64,000 nucleotides of DNA from contig NC_086108.1 of NCBI RefSeq assembly GCF_963921235.1, positions 1,488,001 through 1,552,000 of the forward strand, in the 5' to 3' direction. This DNA comes from Mobula hypostoma. Taxonomy: Eukaryota. Positions 24,451-36,348 of the stretch are shown here, piece after piece (position 1 is the stretch's first letter; every line of letters starts with the position of its first letter). Position numbers and translations under genes: made by a program. Under the pieces are notes generated by a model. The model was not told the DNA's origin. It did not search any database and saw nothing but the letters and a program-made list of their open reading frames with translations.

Positions 24451-26665
24451 GGCCTAGGTCATACGACATGGCACATAATGAACAAACCAGTTAGTAAGGA
24501 CGGGTTAAGCTTGATCTTAGAGTAGGTTAAAAGGTCAAACATCATTGTGGGCGGAAGAGCCTGTACTGTGCTGTAATGTTGTATGTTATGTAGGAGGGAA
24601 GGGTTAGGTTGATCTTGGAGTAGCTTAAAGAGTCAGCATATTGTAAGCCAAAGGGCCTGTACAGTGCTGTAATGTTATAGATTCTAAAACATTACGTTCC
24701 TCACAACTCATCTTTGATAAGGGTCAGCCACACATCAATACACGAGCAGAAAGACTGAACTGTGAGGTAGAGGTGCTACAGATATGCCAAGGCCACAGGC
24801 CAGGAGTGGAGAGTTCAAGGCCTCACTCTGCTGAAGTGGACAAAGGCCGTGGTGCTTTCAGCTGTAGTGGTCTGTGCCAGCCGATGAGTTATTGTTTAAA
24901 GTGATTTAACGTGGCTGGAGGGAGAGAAAAGCTTGGATAATAAGCAGGATGCAAGAATTGACTGGAATTCAGGCCGAAGAGGCAGAGACTTCACAATAAA
25001 CAGAAAAAACAAGCAAGCTTCCCAGCCTGGCTGGACTTGATAATCGGGAGAGCGACACAGAGACACAGATAATGTCAGGAAGACCCTGAACAATAAGGAC
25101 AGCAAGGCTACCTCTCCATCCAATAGCCAAGAGACTATACCAATCTGGCCAATTAAACTCTGTGCACACGAACGTCCCTGGACAATACAACCAGGTCTCA
25201 AAACAAATGGTGGGCACCACCGCAGCCTAGCAGTTAGCGCAACGCTATTACAGCTTGTGGCATTCTGGAGTTCGGAGCTCAATTCTGGCGCCATCTCTAC
25301 GCCCTACTCACGGGTGCTATGGTTCCCTCCTACAGTCCAAAGACATACCGGTTAGTTAACTGGTCATTGGAAATTGTCCTGTGATTTGGTCTGGGACGAC
25401 ATAGCTCAAAGGTCCGAAAGACCCTACTCTGCACTGTATTACTAAATAAATAATTTAGAAACATGTTTTTCTTTTAAACTTTAGTTAGTAAAGTTACGTT
25501 TTCAAAACCAAAACATGTCGACAAATTTGCAACACGTGATCAAGACCCACACTCTAGTTGAACAAGTGTTGAAACATACTTCAGGGGTGTTTGTTCCCAG
25601 ATGCTTTCAGGTCAATGTCCAGAGATGAAATCTCTTCAACTCAGCGGGTCAGGCAGCATCTATGGAGAGGAAGAATCTGGTAATGTTTCAGGCTGAGACC
25701 CTTCATTCCAGGGTCGTGGCCTGAAATGTCGACTATCTCTTCCTCTCCACAGATGCTGCTTGACCTGCTGAGTTCTTCCTGCATTTTGTGTGTGTTGCTC
25801 TGGATTTCCAGCATCTGCAGAATCTCTTGCGTTTCAATCTATTAAATGCCTCTCAGTTTTTGAGAGCATTCTACGTGGGGATTGTTCTACACTGTGTGTG
25901 ATGGTGGGAGAGAGGAAAGGGGCTTGTTTTACCACTGTGGGCTGGTTGGTTGCTTTGCTCTGGTGGGCATTGTGGAGACGCAAGATTGGTACCAGTATGA
26001 CATCCACAGTGCACTGTTAGGCTGTGTTGGTCATCCAAACGACACATTTTACTGTATGTTTCGATGTACAGTATGTGCAATAAAGAAATTTGAATCTGAT
26101 CTCAGCAAAGTATTTGGGAAGAGGTGCTAGTTAAACCTCTTGGATGATGCTCCCGCCTGTCCCAGGCTGGGTATCCCTGGACGAGGGAGCCTCCGAGGAC
26201 AACTGCTATGTCTTAAGTAGTTGATGTTCTGTAAATCCAGAGTAACAGACAAAAAATGCTGGAGGAACTCAGCAGGTGACTGGCCGGTCAAGAGCTTGGA
26301 ATTAATTGTTTCCCTACTTCGCTTCACTGTTTCGAGTTTATGTATCTCCAGGGGTAGGGTTGGGGAGGTGGCAATGTGCAGAGTGCCAAGAAAAATAAAG
26401 GAATACAAACTCCGCAGTTACTCGTACATTCGCTGGGTCCCCTAGGCCAACAATAGACCTGATGACCACGAGATCCAGTGGCTGGAGGTAGGTTCAGACT
26501 CAGTACTAACACAAGGGGCAAGCTGGAGCAACACCTTTAGAATGGGTGCAGATAATGAGTCTCCCCCCACCCTTGCATTCCCCACCCCCCCAGCACCCTG
26601 CTCAAAAGCCAACTAAAACACCTTTTTCCCCCACCCAATAATCCATCCATCTACCGCACGCCCTC

Positions 26666-27042
26666 TCAGCCTTTGGTGCCTGCTTGGTCACTGGGCATCG
26701 TTATGCTGCTGGCCAGTACACTGGGCAGTGCGTCGTCATTAGCAAACTCCTCAAACCTATAGTTGTTGAAGTAGCCCACGTCCAGATCGGCCTGCACCCG
26801 GCTGTTACTGAAGGGAGGGTGATAGACCTCGTCCTCTGCGTGGTGTGCAAGCCCTGCCATTTGGCTCTGGAAATGGCTGCTCGTCCAGTCCAAGGGCTCC
26901 TCTTTCTTGCAGCCCACACCATACATCTCGTTAGGCAGCTCCATGGTCATGAGGTCAGAACAGAAGGCAGGAAATCCCTGGTTGGGGTAGTCCCACGACT
27001 TGTTTATGTGGTTCAGGTCTGCAAGCTTCTCGTCTTCCTCAG
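26666..27042 (-). CDS. relb: Last coding exon, acidic/aromatic putative transactivation region
   Basis: Acceptor TTTTTAACTTCACTAG|, phase 1. Open for 125 codons: (A)EEDEKLADLNHINKSWDYPNQGFPAFCSDLMTMELPNEMYG...FEEFANDDALPSVLASSITMPSDQAGTKG*. Includes track ORF 26666..26950. Confidence 0.78.
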
Positions 27043-27109
27043 CTAGTGAAGTTAAAAAGCTAGTTAGGTATCAAGACATACATTCAGGATTTTCAAGACC
27101 AATGATGCA

Positions 27110-29100
27110 AGATCATAAGACATGGGAGTAGAATTAGGCCATTTGGCCCATCGAGTCTGCTCCACCTCAATCACGTCATTCAATCATGGCAGATCCTTTT
27201 GCCCCCTCCTCAGCCCCACTCCCTGGCCTTCTCCCAGTAACCTTTAATGCCATTTCCAATCAAGAACCTATCAAGCTCTGCCTTAAATACACCCAAAGAC
27301 CTGGCTCCACAGCTGTGGCAAAAAATTCCACAAATTCACCACTCTGGCTAAAGAAATTTCTCCGCATCTCTGTCTTAAATGGACGCCCCTCTATCCCAAG
27401 GCTGTGCCCTCTTGTCCTAGACTCCCCCACCATGGGAAACATAGAAACATAGAAACATAGAAAATAGGTGCAGGAGTAGGCCATTCGGCCCTTCGAGCCT
27501 GCACCACCATTTATTATGATCATGGCTGATCATCCAACTCAGAACCCCGCCCCAGCCTTCCCTCCATACCCCCTGACCCCCGTAGCCACAAGGGCCATAT
27601 CCAACTCCCTCTTAAACATAGCCAATGAACTGGCCTCAACAGTTTCCTGTGGCAGAGAATTCCACAGATTCACCACTCTCTGTGTGAAGAAGTTTTTCCT
27701 AATCTCGGTCCTAAAAGGCTTCCCCTCTATCCTCAAACTGTGACATCCTTTCTACTACTCTGACTAAGCCTTTCAACATTGAAAAGTTTCAATGAGATCC
27801 CCCTCATCCTTCTAAATTCCATCAAGTACAGACCCAGAGCCATCAAACATTCCTCGTATGATAACCCTTTCATTCCCAGAATCATCCTTGTGAACCTCCT
27901 CTGAACACGCGCCCCCCCCCATGCCAGCACATCTTTTCTTAGATGAGGAGCCCCAAACTGTTCATAATACTCAAGGTGAGGCCTCACCAGTGCCTTATAA
28001 AGCCTCAGTATCACATCCCAGCTCACGTATTCTAGACCTCTTGAAATGAATGCCAACATTGCAATTGTCTTTCTCACCACCGACTCAGCCTGCAAGTTAA
28101 CATTTAGGGTGTTCTGCACAAGGATTCTCAAGTCCCTTTGCACTTCAGATTTTTGGATTTTTTTCCCCATTTAGAAATTAGTCTGCACATTTATTTCTAC
28201 TACCAAAGTGCAAGACCATGCATTTTCCAACATTGTATTTCATTTGCCACTTTCTTGCCTAATCTCCTAATCTGCCTAAGTCCTTCTACAGCCTACTTGT
28301 TTCCTCAACACTACCTGCCCCTCCACCAATCTTCGTTTCATCTGCAAACCAGGCAACAAATCCATCATCTAAATAATTGATATATAGTATAAAAAGAAAT
28401 GGTCCCAACACTGACTCCTGCAGAACATCTCTAGTTACTGGCAGCAAACCAGAAAAGATCCTTTTATTCCCACTCGCTGCCTCCTACCAATCAGCCAATG
28501 CTCTAACCATGTTAGTAACTTTCCTGTAATACCACGGGCTCTTAACTTGATAAGTGGCCTCATGTGTGGCACCTTGTCAAAGGCCTTCTGAAAATCCAAA
28601 TATACAACATCCACTGCATTCCTTCATTTATCTCAATTGTAAACTCCTCAAAGAATCCCAACAGGTTTTTCAGGCAAGATTTTCCCTTAAGAAAACTATG
28701 TTGACTTTGTCCATTCTTGTCCTGTGTCACCAAGTACTCCATAACCTCATCCTTAACAATTGACTCCAACATCTTCCCAACCACTGAGGTTGCTACTGGT
28801 CTACCACTGCTAACTGGTCTATCATTTCCTTTCTGCTGCCACCTTCTTTCTTAAAGAATGGAGTGACATTTACAATTTTCCAGTCCTCTAGCACCAGGCC
28901 AGAGTCCAATGATTTTGAAAGATCATTGCTAATGTCTCCACAATCTCTATTGCTACCTCTTTCAGAACCCTAAGGTGCAGTTCATCTGGTCTGGGTGATT
29001 TACGTACCAGTTCAGGTTTTTGAACGCCTTCTCCCTTGTAATAGTAACTGCATTCACTTCTCTTCCCTCACACCCCTCAACATCCGACACACTGCTAGTG
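27110..29100 (-). mobile_element. Older degraded CR1 RT fragment (host of the nested young copy)
   Basis: ORF remnants 27733..28170 and 28560..28784 match the CR1 RT region, with stops and frameshifts. Confidence 0.85.
27436..27742 (-). mobile_element. Short 3' end of the young CR1 subfamily nested in an older CR1
   Basis: Reverse complement of the 2610-2910 end including the (ACATAGAA)n tail; flanks on both sides continue a more degraded minus-strand CR1. Confidence 0.9.
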
Positions 29101-29619
29101 TCTTCTACGGTGAAGAATGGAGGTCACCTCCCAGCCTCTGTTGCTACTCCCACTCCCTCCTCCATCTGTCTGTCACTGCTTGCCACCTGGATCCACCCAT
29201 CATCTCCCAGCTCTTGCTGCACCCCTCCACCTCACCTCTTCATACCAGCCACTACTCCTCTACTTGTGCTGTGTGGAAGGCTATGGTTCAGGTGAACGAT
29301 GATGAGACTAAACAGGTTAATTGTTCAGCATGGAATAGATGGGCCGAAGGGCCTTTTGCTGTGACATCGTGTTCTATGACACTACCCTTCATTCTAGACG
29401 ACCGAGAATGCCAACTGTCCATTTCTCTCCACAGATGCTGCTGAGTTCCTCCAAAGATTTTGTGCATCACTAATACCCTACTTTATCCTGTCTGTATTTC
29501 AATCATCTGTGCACCTCAATTATTAATCCTTTGCTTAACTGACCCTGGCCTAGTCAAAATGGAATCTATCAGGAACCAGGACAGTAATCATTAATACCTT
29601 CGCCCAAGCCAATAACTTG

Positions 29620-29868
29620 GACTTAAGATACTAACTGCAATGTCAGCCAATAAGCTGTATGGAGGGGTGGGATGTAGGTGATGCTGACTGCACTGTCAGC
29701 CAGTGAGCTGATGGCTGGAGTGGGACCTGAGATACAGATGGCACTGTCAACCAGTAAGGTGAAGGCATGGGTTGGACTTGAGATACTGACTGCAATTTTA
29801 GCCAGTGAGATGGAGACATGGGTCAGACCAACACAAACTGACAACACTGTCAGCCGGTGAGATGGAGG
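29620..29868 (+). repeat. Degenerate ~51-bp tandem repeat, 4-5 copies
   Basis: Recurring GAGATACTGACTGCA(C/A)TGTCAGCCAGTGAG core. Confidence 0.65.
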
Positions 29869-29879
29869 AATCACAGAAG

Positions 29880-30700
29880 ATTTACAATGGGATATTGATA
29901 GGATGAGGAGCTGGGCTGAGAAGGGGCAAATGGATTTCAATCTGGAGAAGTGTAACGTGATACACTTTGGAAGCTCTTGTAATAAGGAGGTCAGAACAGT
30001 ACGGCTTAAGGGAAACATTCTGATGTTGACAGGTAACGCAGATCCAGGAGGAAGAGGAACATTCATTATTGGACAGCGTTTTTTTAAAAAAAAACAAGAT
30101 TTGCTTTTCTCTTTGGAAGTAATGTTGTAGTTCTATAAAACTCTAGTTCGACCTCACTTGGAGTATTGTGTTCAGTTCTGGTCGCCTCATTAGAGGAAGA
30201 ACGTGGAAGTTTTAGAGAGGTTGCAGTGGAGATTCACCAGGAAGCTGCCTGGATCAGACAGCGTGTCTTATGAGGGTAGGTTGAGCGAGCTAGGCTCTTT
30301 CTCTTTGGAGTGAAGAAGGATGAGATGTGGCTTGATAGAGGTGTACAAGATGATAAGAGGCAAAGATCGAGTGGATGGCCAGAGACGTTTTCCTAGGACT
30401 ATCCAAGTGGGCATAATTTTAAGGTGATTGGAGGAAAATACAGGTTAGGTGGAGGAAATGTCAGAGCCAAGTTCTTTATACAGGAGTGGTGGGTGTGTGG
30501 AACACCCTGCTAGGGGTGGTGGTAAAAGCAAATGCACTAGGGACATTTAAGAACCTTAGATAGGCACATGGATGATAGAAAACTTGGGGTAAATGTGGGA
30601 GGGAAGAGTTAGGTTGATCTCAGAGTAGGGTAAAAGAGTGGGACAACGTTGGCTGAAGGGCCTGTAATATGTTGTAATGTAATGTTTTATATTCTAAGTG
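29880..30700 (+). mobile_element. Degraded CR1 3' fragment
   Basis: CR1 RT C-terminal motifs (FN.EKC.VIHFG, RPHLEYCVQFWSP) with many stops. Confidence 0.75.
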
Positions 30701-30809
30701 CCTCCACACCACATTAACTGCCTGAAGAATCACGATCACTTCCTGAATTTTTTCCAACTTTAACCCCATAAACACTGTCACCCGCAGCATCACTGAATTC
30801 AGAAATTAC

Positions 30810-30869
30810 CTCGATACTTTACAGAATTTTTCGGTCCCGTCGTTGCATCTGCCAAAGCCGCATTAGCAC
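30810..30869 (-). CDS. relb: Probable small RelB-like coding exon (60 nt)
   Basis: Non-repetitive island with acceptor TTTTTTTGGACAG| and donor AG|GTAATT. Open in phase 1 to 1: (G)ANAALADATTGPKNSVKYR. No recognisable motif; supported by splice signals and phase only. Confidence 0.6.
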
Positions 30870-32279
30870 CTGTCCAAAAAAAGTCCAGAAGGAAGATCAG
30901 GGTTTACTTTTCAGGTGATTTCTCTGCCATCCCTCAGTAGACATCTTTCACCCCTACATCTTCAACCCAATGTTCATTGCATCTCCAACTCCTATGTCAA
31001 CAAGTTTTTTTCCCCAAGCTTCCCATTTGGTGGGGGATTACGGGTCGGAGCGGATCTGGCACTTGGCCTGTTATTAGCAAAGGCCACAGCTCTTCTCTTC
31101 TCTGGACCCACAGTTGCTGGAGTTTCAAAGCACGTTGGGGTGGTGTGGGTGGGGGAATCTCATTGAAATCTAGCGAGTATTGAAAGGCCTAGATAGAGTG
31201 GATATGGAGGGCATGTTCCCAGTGGTGGGGGAGTCTAGCAACAGGAGGCACAGCCTCAGAATACAACAATACCCCTTTAGAAAAGAGATCATGAGGAACT
31301 TCTTTATCCAGAGGTGGTGAATCCGCAGAATCCATTGTTACAGATGACCATGAAACCGTTATTGAGTGTATTTAAAGCAGAGGTTGATAGATTCTTGATT
31401 AGTCGGGGCGTCAAAGGTTACAGGGAAAAAGGTGGGAGAATGGGGTTGAGAGGGATAACAACTCAGCCAGGATGAAATGGCAGAGCAGACTCGAAGGGCC
31501 AAATGGCCTAATTCTGCTCCTCCTCCTCAGCACCATGTTCCTGCACGAATCTCATATCCCTCAATTCTCTTCACTCTGTCTTGAACATGTTGTCAGACTG
31601 GGATGTAGAATTGTTCTTTTTCTTTCAGTTTATTCTTTCAATTTTCCAGTAATTATGGTACAGTTGTTTCAGTATTGTTCTAGAAACCTCTTAGGAGCAG
31701 GTGTCGTGCTACTTGAATCTGGCTATTTTATAGGAGGGAGGGAGGAAAGCAACTTGATTTAAAGTTGTGTTTGCTTGTATTGTTCTGCTGAACATTGTGG
31801 ACAGGCTATGTTGACTCTTGCAGCTGCCCCCAGCACTTCCTTAGGCTGTGTTGGTTGCTGGGGGGTTCGGCTTATATGCTGGCCACATACCGCTTCCACT
31901 GTGTCTGTCATCGGCTGGCCCATTTAAACATTTTGGTTGTTCTTTCCCATTGGCTGGCTTGTATGCCACGGCACCAGTGCCCAATTCTGGGCACATGGGG
32001 GGTATGATAGCGTGCGTGGGAGGCTCGTTCTCTTTCCTGCTTCAGGCTGGAGTCGTGACCAGTGCTAAAGGACCATTGCAGACGTAGGTGCCCCTCCAAC
32101 CCAGTGCTTGTTTAGTAAAATTTTCATTCATAGCATGCTTAGTTCTTCAATCTTATAAATTGGGGAGATTTAACGGAGTACACATTAAGTTAAAAGGTAA
32201 CTAAATGTGGTTTAGGCTGGTTTAGACAAAATCCTGTTTCGCTAGATGCCCGGTTTTGTGTTTAACTATTTTGTTTATT

Positions 32280-32865
32280 TAGATTAGATTAGATTAGATT
32301 CAACTTTATTGTCATTGTGCCGAGTACAGATACAAAGCCAATGAAATACATTTAGCATCTAACCAGAAATGCAAAGAATAGTATTATTTACAAAATAACT
32401 GTGAATAAAAAGTAAGTGCTACAGCACACAAATATAAAAGTACTGAGACAGTACAATATGGCTGCAATACTGCTTAGCGCTGTGATGTGAGGTTCAGCAG
32501 GGTCACAGCCTCAGGGAAGAAGCTCTTCCTGTGCCTGCTGGTGTGGGAACGGAGGCTCCTGTAGCACCTACCGGATGGGAGGAGAGTAAAAAGTCCATGG
32601 TTAGGGTGAGATGCATCCTTGATAATGCTTTTCACCCGCCCAGGCAGCGTTTACCGTAGATGTTCTCAATGGTGAGCAATTGGGTGCTGATAATCCGCTG
32701 GGCAGTTTTCACCACACGCTGGAGTGCTTTGTGGTCCGATACCGGACAATTGTCATACCACACTGAGAGGCAGTTGGTGTGTATGCTCTCAATGGTACAG
32801 CGGCAAAAGTCCGTCAGTATCCTAGGACAGAGGTGAGCTTTCTTCATGCTCCGCAGGAAATAAAA
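32280..32865 (-). mobile_element. L2/Rex-like LINE 3' fragment with (CTAAT)n tail
   Basis: ORF 32632..32847 (F.RCTIESI.T.C.SVWY.NC...KALQRVVKTAQRII); AATAAA then a pentamer tail at 32280-32300. Confidence 0.7.
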
Positions 32866-33058
32866 TTAGTTATAAAATTATATTATTTATAAAATTATTT
32901 ATAATATTAATGAGTCCATTCACAATCCATGTCGTCTGACTCACTCTGTGGGTCTTGAACCTGTCCTACGTTCCAGTTGTTAACACAAACAATGTATTTG
33001 ACCATACGCTCTGGCGTACCCGGAGAAATGTACAAATCAGAATCGTGACCAAAGTTAC

Positions 33059-33124
33059 CTATGAAAGTGCTGATCGGCGGGAACTTGACCTTCCTTTTCC
33101 ACTTGGATTGAATGCCATAGTAAT
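33059..33124 (-). CDS. relb: RelB-like NLS exon (66 nt)
   Basis: Acceptor ATGACAG|. Encodes (D)YYGIQSKWKRKVKFPPISTFI, matching the D-x-YG...basic cluster that follows the Rel dimerisation domain. Donor AG|GTAACT, phase 1 to 1. The 3' boundary is less certain than the 5'. Confidence 0.8.
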   Translation of the reverse strand: MTMAFNPSGKGRSSSRRSALS

Positions 33125-33163
33125 CTGTCATGGGCAAACAAAAGTCATCAGGGATCAGCTGAG

Positions 33164-33166
<3 letters not shown>

Positions 33167-33198
<32 letters not shown>
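33167..33198. repeat. (AC)16 microsatellite
   Basis: Direct reading. Confidence 0.95.
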
Positions 33199-33199
<1 letters not shown>

Positions 33200-35089
33200 A
33201 ATCCCAAGCAGCGTTGACCATGTCTCCACCTTCCAAAATGTACACCATCCCAACCCAGAAATACCTCTATCATCTTAACAGTCCAAATCCTGCAAGTCTA
33301 CTGCAGAGTCTGTGCTGCCTCCTGTGCATCCTGCTTCCGAAGACTGTGAACTGAACACCTTCTAACCAGTCAAAAATAGCCTTGTGGGTGAACAGAAACT
33401 ATTATTTTACTGAGACAAAGCATGGAATAGGGCCCTCTGGCCCTTTAAGCCACAGCGTCCAGCGATCCCTCCCAATTTAACCTCAGCCGAATCACGGGAC
33501 AACTTACAATGACCAGGTAACCTACAGATCTTTGGACTGTGGGAGGAAACCAGGGTGCCCGGGGAAACCCACGCAGTGACATGGAGGACGTGCAAACTCC
33601 ATGAAGGCAACACCAGGAATTGAACCCAGGTCGCTGGTACTTAAATGTGACAAGGATATTCACCCACGGAAGGCATTGCAACCTTTAAACTTGTTCTCAT
33701 TGCTTAAAGAACTGTTGACAATGGATCAAACAGACCCTGTTTATTGGTGCAAGTCTCTAAGAGACGTGCGTAGCCAGACGGCAGGGCAGAGGCACTGGGC
33801 AGAAGCATCACTTTTATGATCCCATCTGCCTGCGATTGGCTCACATCCCTCTTAATATTTCCTATCCATGTCACTAACATACCCGTTCCAACCACCTCCT
33901 CTGGTAGCTTATTTCATGTTTCATTAGTTGTACTGTGGGTGGAAAAGTTGCTTCTTGGGTTCCTATTAAATTCTTCCATTCTTACCTGAAGCATTCGCCC
34001 CTCTCGTTCCTGATTCCATGCTTGAGGGAGAAAAACTCTATGCCCCCTCCCAACACGAGGGGGAATCTCATTGAGATCTATCAAATGCCGAAAGGCCTCG
34101 ATAGAGTGGATGTGGAGAGGATGCTTCCTATAGTGGGAGACTCCAAGCCCAGAGGACCCAGCCTCAGAACAGAGAGACGTCCTTTTAGAACGGAGAGCAG
34201 GAGGAATTTCTTTAGCCAGGGAATGGCAAATCTGTGGAATTCGTTGCCACAGGTAGCTATGGAGTCTTTAACTGGTTGACAGATTCTTGATCAGTCAGGG
34301 CATGAAGGGATACAGGGAGAAGACAGGAGACTGGGGCTGAAAGGAAAATGGATCAGCCATGATGAAATGCTGGAGCAAACTCAATGGGCCAAATGGCCCA
34401 ATTCTGCTCCTACATCTTATGATCTGACAAGTGTCTCATGTCCGAATAAAAGAAGTCCCAACTTGCCCAAACTCTCTCAGTCCCTGGAGCCCAGCAACAT
34501 CTTTGGAAATCTCTTCACAGTTTAATGGCACCTTTCCTGCAGCAGGGTGACCAAAACGCAACAGAAGAGATTCTGCAGATGCTGGAAACTTTGAGGGATG
34601 TGCACAAAATGCTAGAGGAATTCAGCAAGTCAGGCGGCATCTATGGAGGGGAATAAACAGTCATCATTTCAAGCCAAGACCCCTCCCCATTCCTCTCCAG
34701 AGATGCTGCATGACTTGCCGCGTTCCTCCAGCACTTTGTGCCTGATGCCGAAAACTGAACACAGCATTCCAAATGTGGTTTTACTGTCTACAACTGCAAC
34801 ATCACATCCCAACTTCCATGCCCCAAAGGCCTGACTGATGAAGGGTAGCGGGTCAGCTACCTTCAACACCACCCTGTCTACCTGGAATGCCACTTTCCAT
34901 AAACTTGTGCTGTTTGGTCTTTCTGTTGTACAACACACTCCAGGGTCCTACCATCCACTAAAGCAGTCGACATAATCAAAGACTCCACACACCCTGAACA
35001 CTCTCTCCGCTCCCCTCTCCCATCAGGCAGAAGACACAGAACCCTAAAAGCATGTACTCAAGGACAGCTCCCAACCCATTGGTACAAAG

Positions 35090-35760
35090 AGTTCCCTAGT
35101 CACAGAGCCATAGAAAAGTACAGCACCGTTTAAACTGCTTACTCCCATCGATCTGCCCTTCATACCCCTACCCAAACTACTCTGAAATGTTGAAATCAAG
35201 CTTGCATAGACCACTTCTGCTGACAGCTCGTTCCACACTCTCACAACTCTTCAAGTGAAGTTTCCCTCATATTCCCATTAAACCTTTCACCCTTAACCTA
35301 TGACCTCTGGTTCTAGTTCCAGCTAACCCTCAGTGGAAAAAGTTTGTTTGCATTTACCCAATCTATACCCCTCAATTTCATATACTTCTATCAAATCTCC
35401 CCTCAATCTTCTACGTTCTAGAGAATAAAGTTCTAACCCATTCAATCTTTCCTTGTAACTCAGGTCCTCCAGTCCAAGTAACATCCTTGTAAATCTTCTC
35501 TGTACTCTTTCAACCGTATTTACATCTTTCCTGCAGGTAGGTGACCAGAACTGTACACAATACTCCAAATTAGGCCTCACCATCGTCTTATACAACTTCA
35601 ACATAACATCCCATCTCCTGTACCCAGTACCTTTATTTATGAAGGCCAATGTGCCAAAAGCTTTTATTTTACAACCCTATCTACTTGTGATGCCACTTTC
35701 AACGTATTATGGATCTGTATTCCCAGATCCCTCCGTTCTACCGCACACCTCAGTGTCCTA
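35090..35760 (-). mobile_element. CR1 3' fragment
   Basis: ORFs 35323..35649 and 35044..35244 carry CR1 C-terminal motifs. Confidence 0.8.
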
Positions 35761-36132
35761 CAGTTCATCCCAGTATAATGAGATGGGTTCAACCTCGTTA
35801 GGATCTTGCACTTATCGTTTACCTATTCTGCACTGTCTCTGGAGCTGGTACGCTTTAGTATTTGTTTGACCTTGTTCTACCTCAATGCACTGTGTAATGA
35901 TTCGATCTGTATCAACAGTATACAAGACAAGCTTTCACTCTATCTTGGTACACGTGACAATAATAAACCAATTCCATATGCACTTCCAACTTTTCCGGAT
36001 TTTGTCTTCCCTTCAGGATGGCAACACCAACCAAAAATAGCAAGCACCAACCCTTATGAAACCATCCGGTGACTGTCACAACAGCCGCAAGAGCTGCTGC
36101 ATTTAAACCCCAGGGCTATTCATGGACCTTAC

Positions 36133-36348
36133 CGATTTCCTTGGGGATGTAGCGGAACTCGAACGGATCGCTGTATTCCCTGTCAGATGGGCGGAAGAGA
36201 CGGAGGCTCACGCTAACGGGCTGCTGAATGTCAATGTCGCAGTAAGGCGGGGTTTTGAAGACTATGGCTATTTGCCGGTGAACATCAGTTTGGGAAAAGA
36301 CGCCCCTTGCTTCCCAGTTGTTTGCGGAGAAGATGACCGCAATGTCTT
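36133..36348 (-). CDS. relb: RelB-like coding exon (216 nt), dimerisation domain; not in ORF track
   Basis: Acceptor CTCCTTCCATAG|. Encodes (E)[71 protein letters not shown]. Donor G|GTAAGG, phase 1 to 1. Confidence 0.94.

Noticed and set aside
32907..33058. Extension of the NLS exon to a GTGAGT donor near 32944 or to the TAA at 32907
   Set aside because: The frame stays open, but the short 66-nt exon with AG|GTAACT fits the usual Rel exon pattern better. It cannot be excluded without RNA data.
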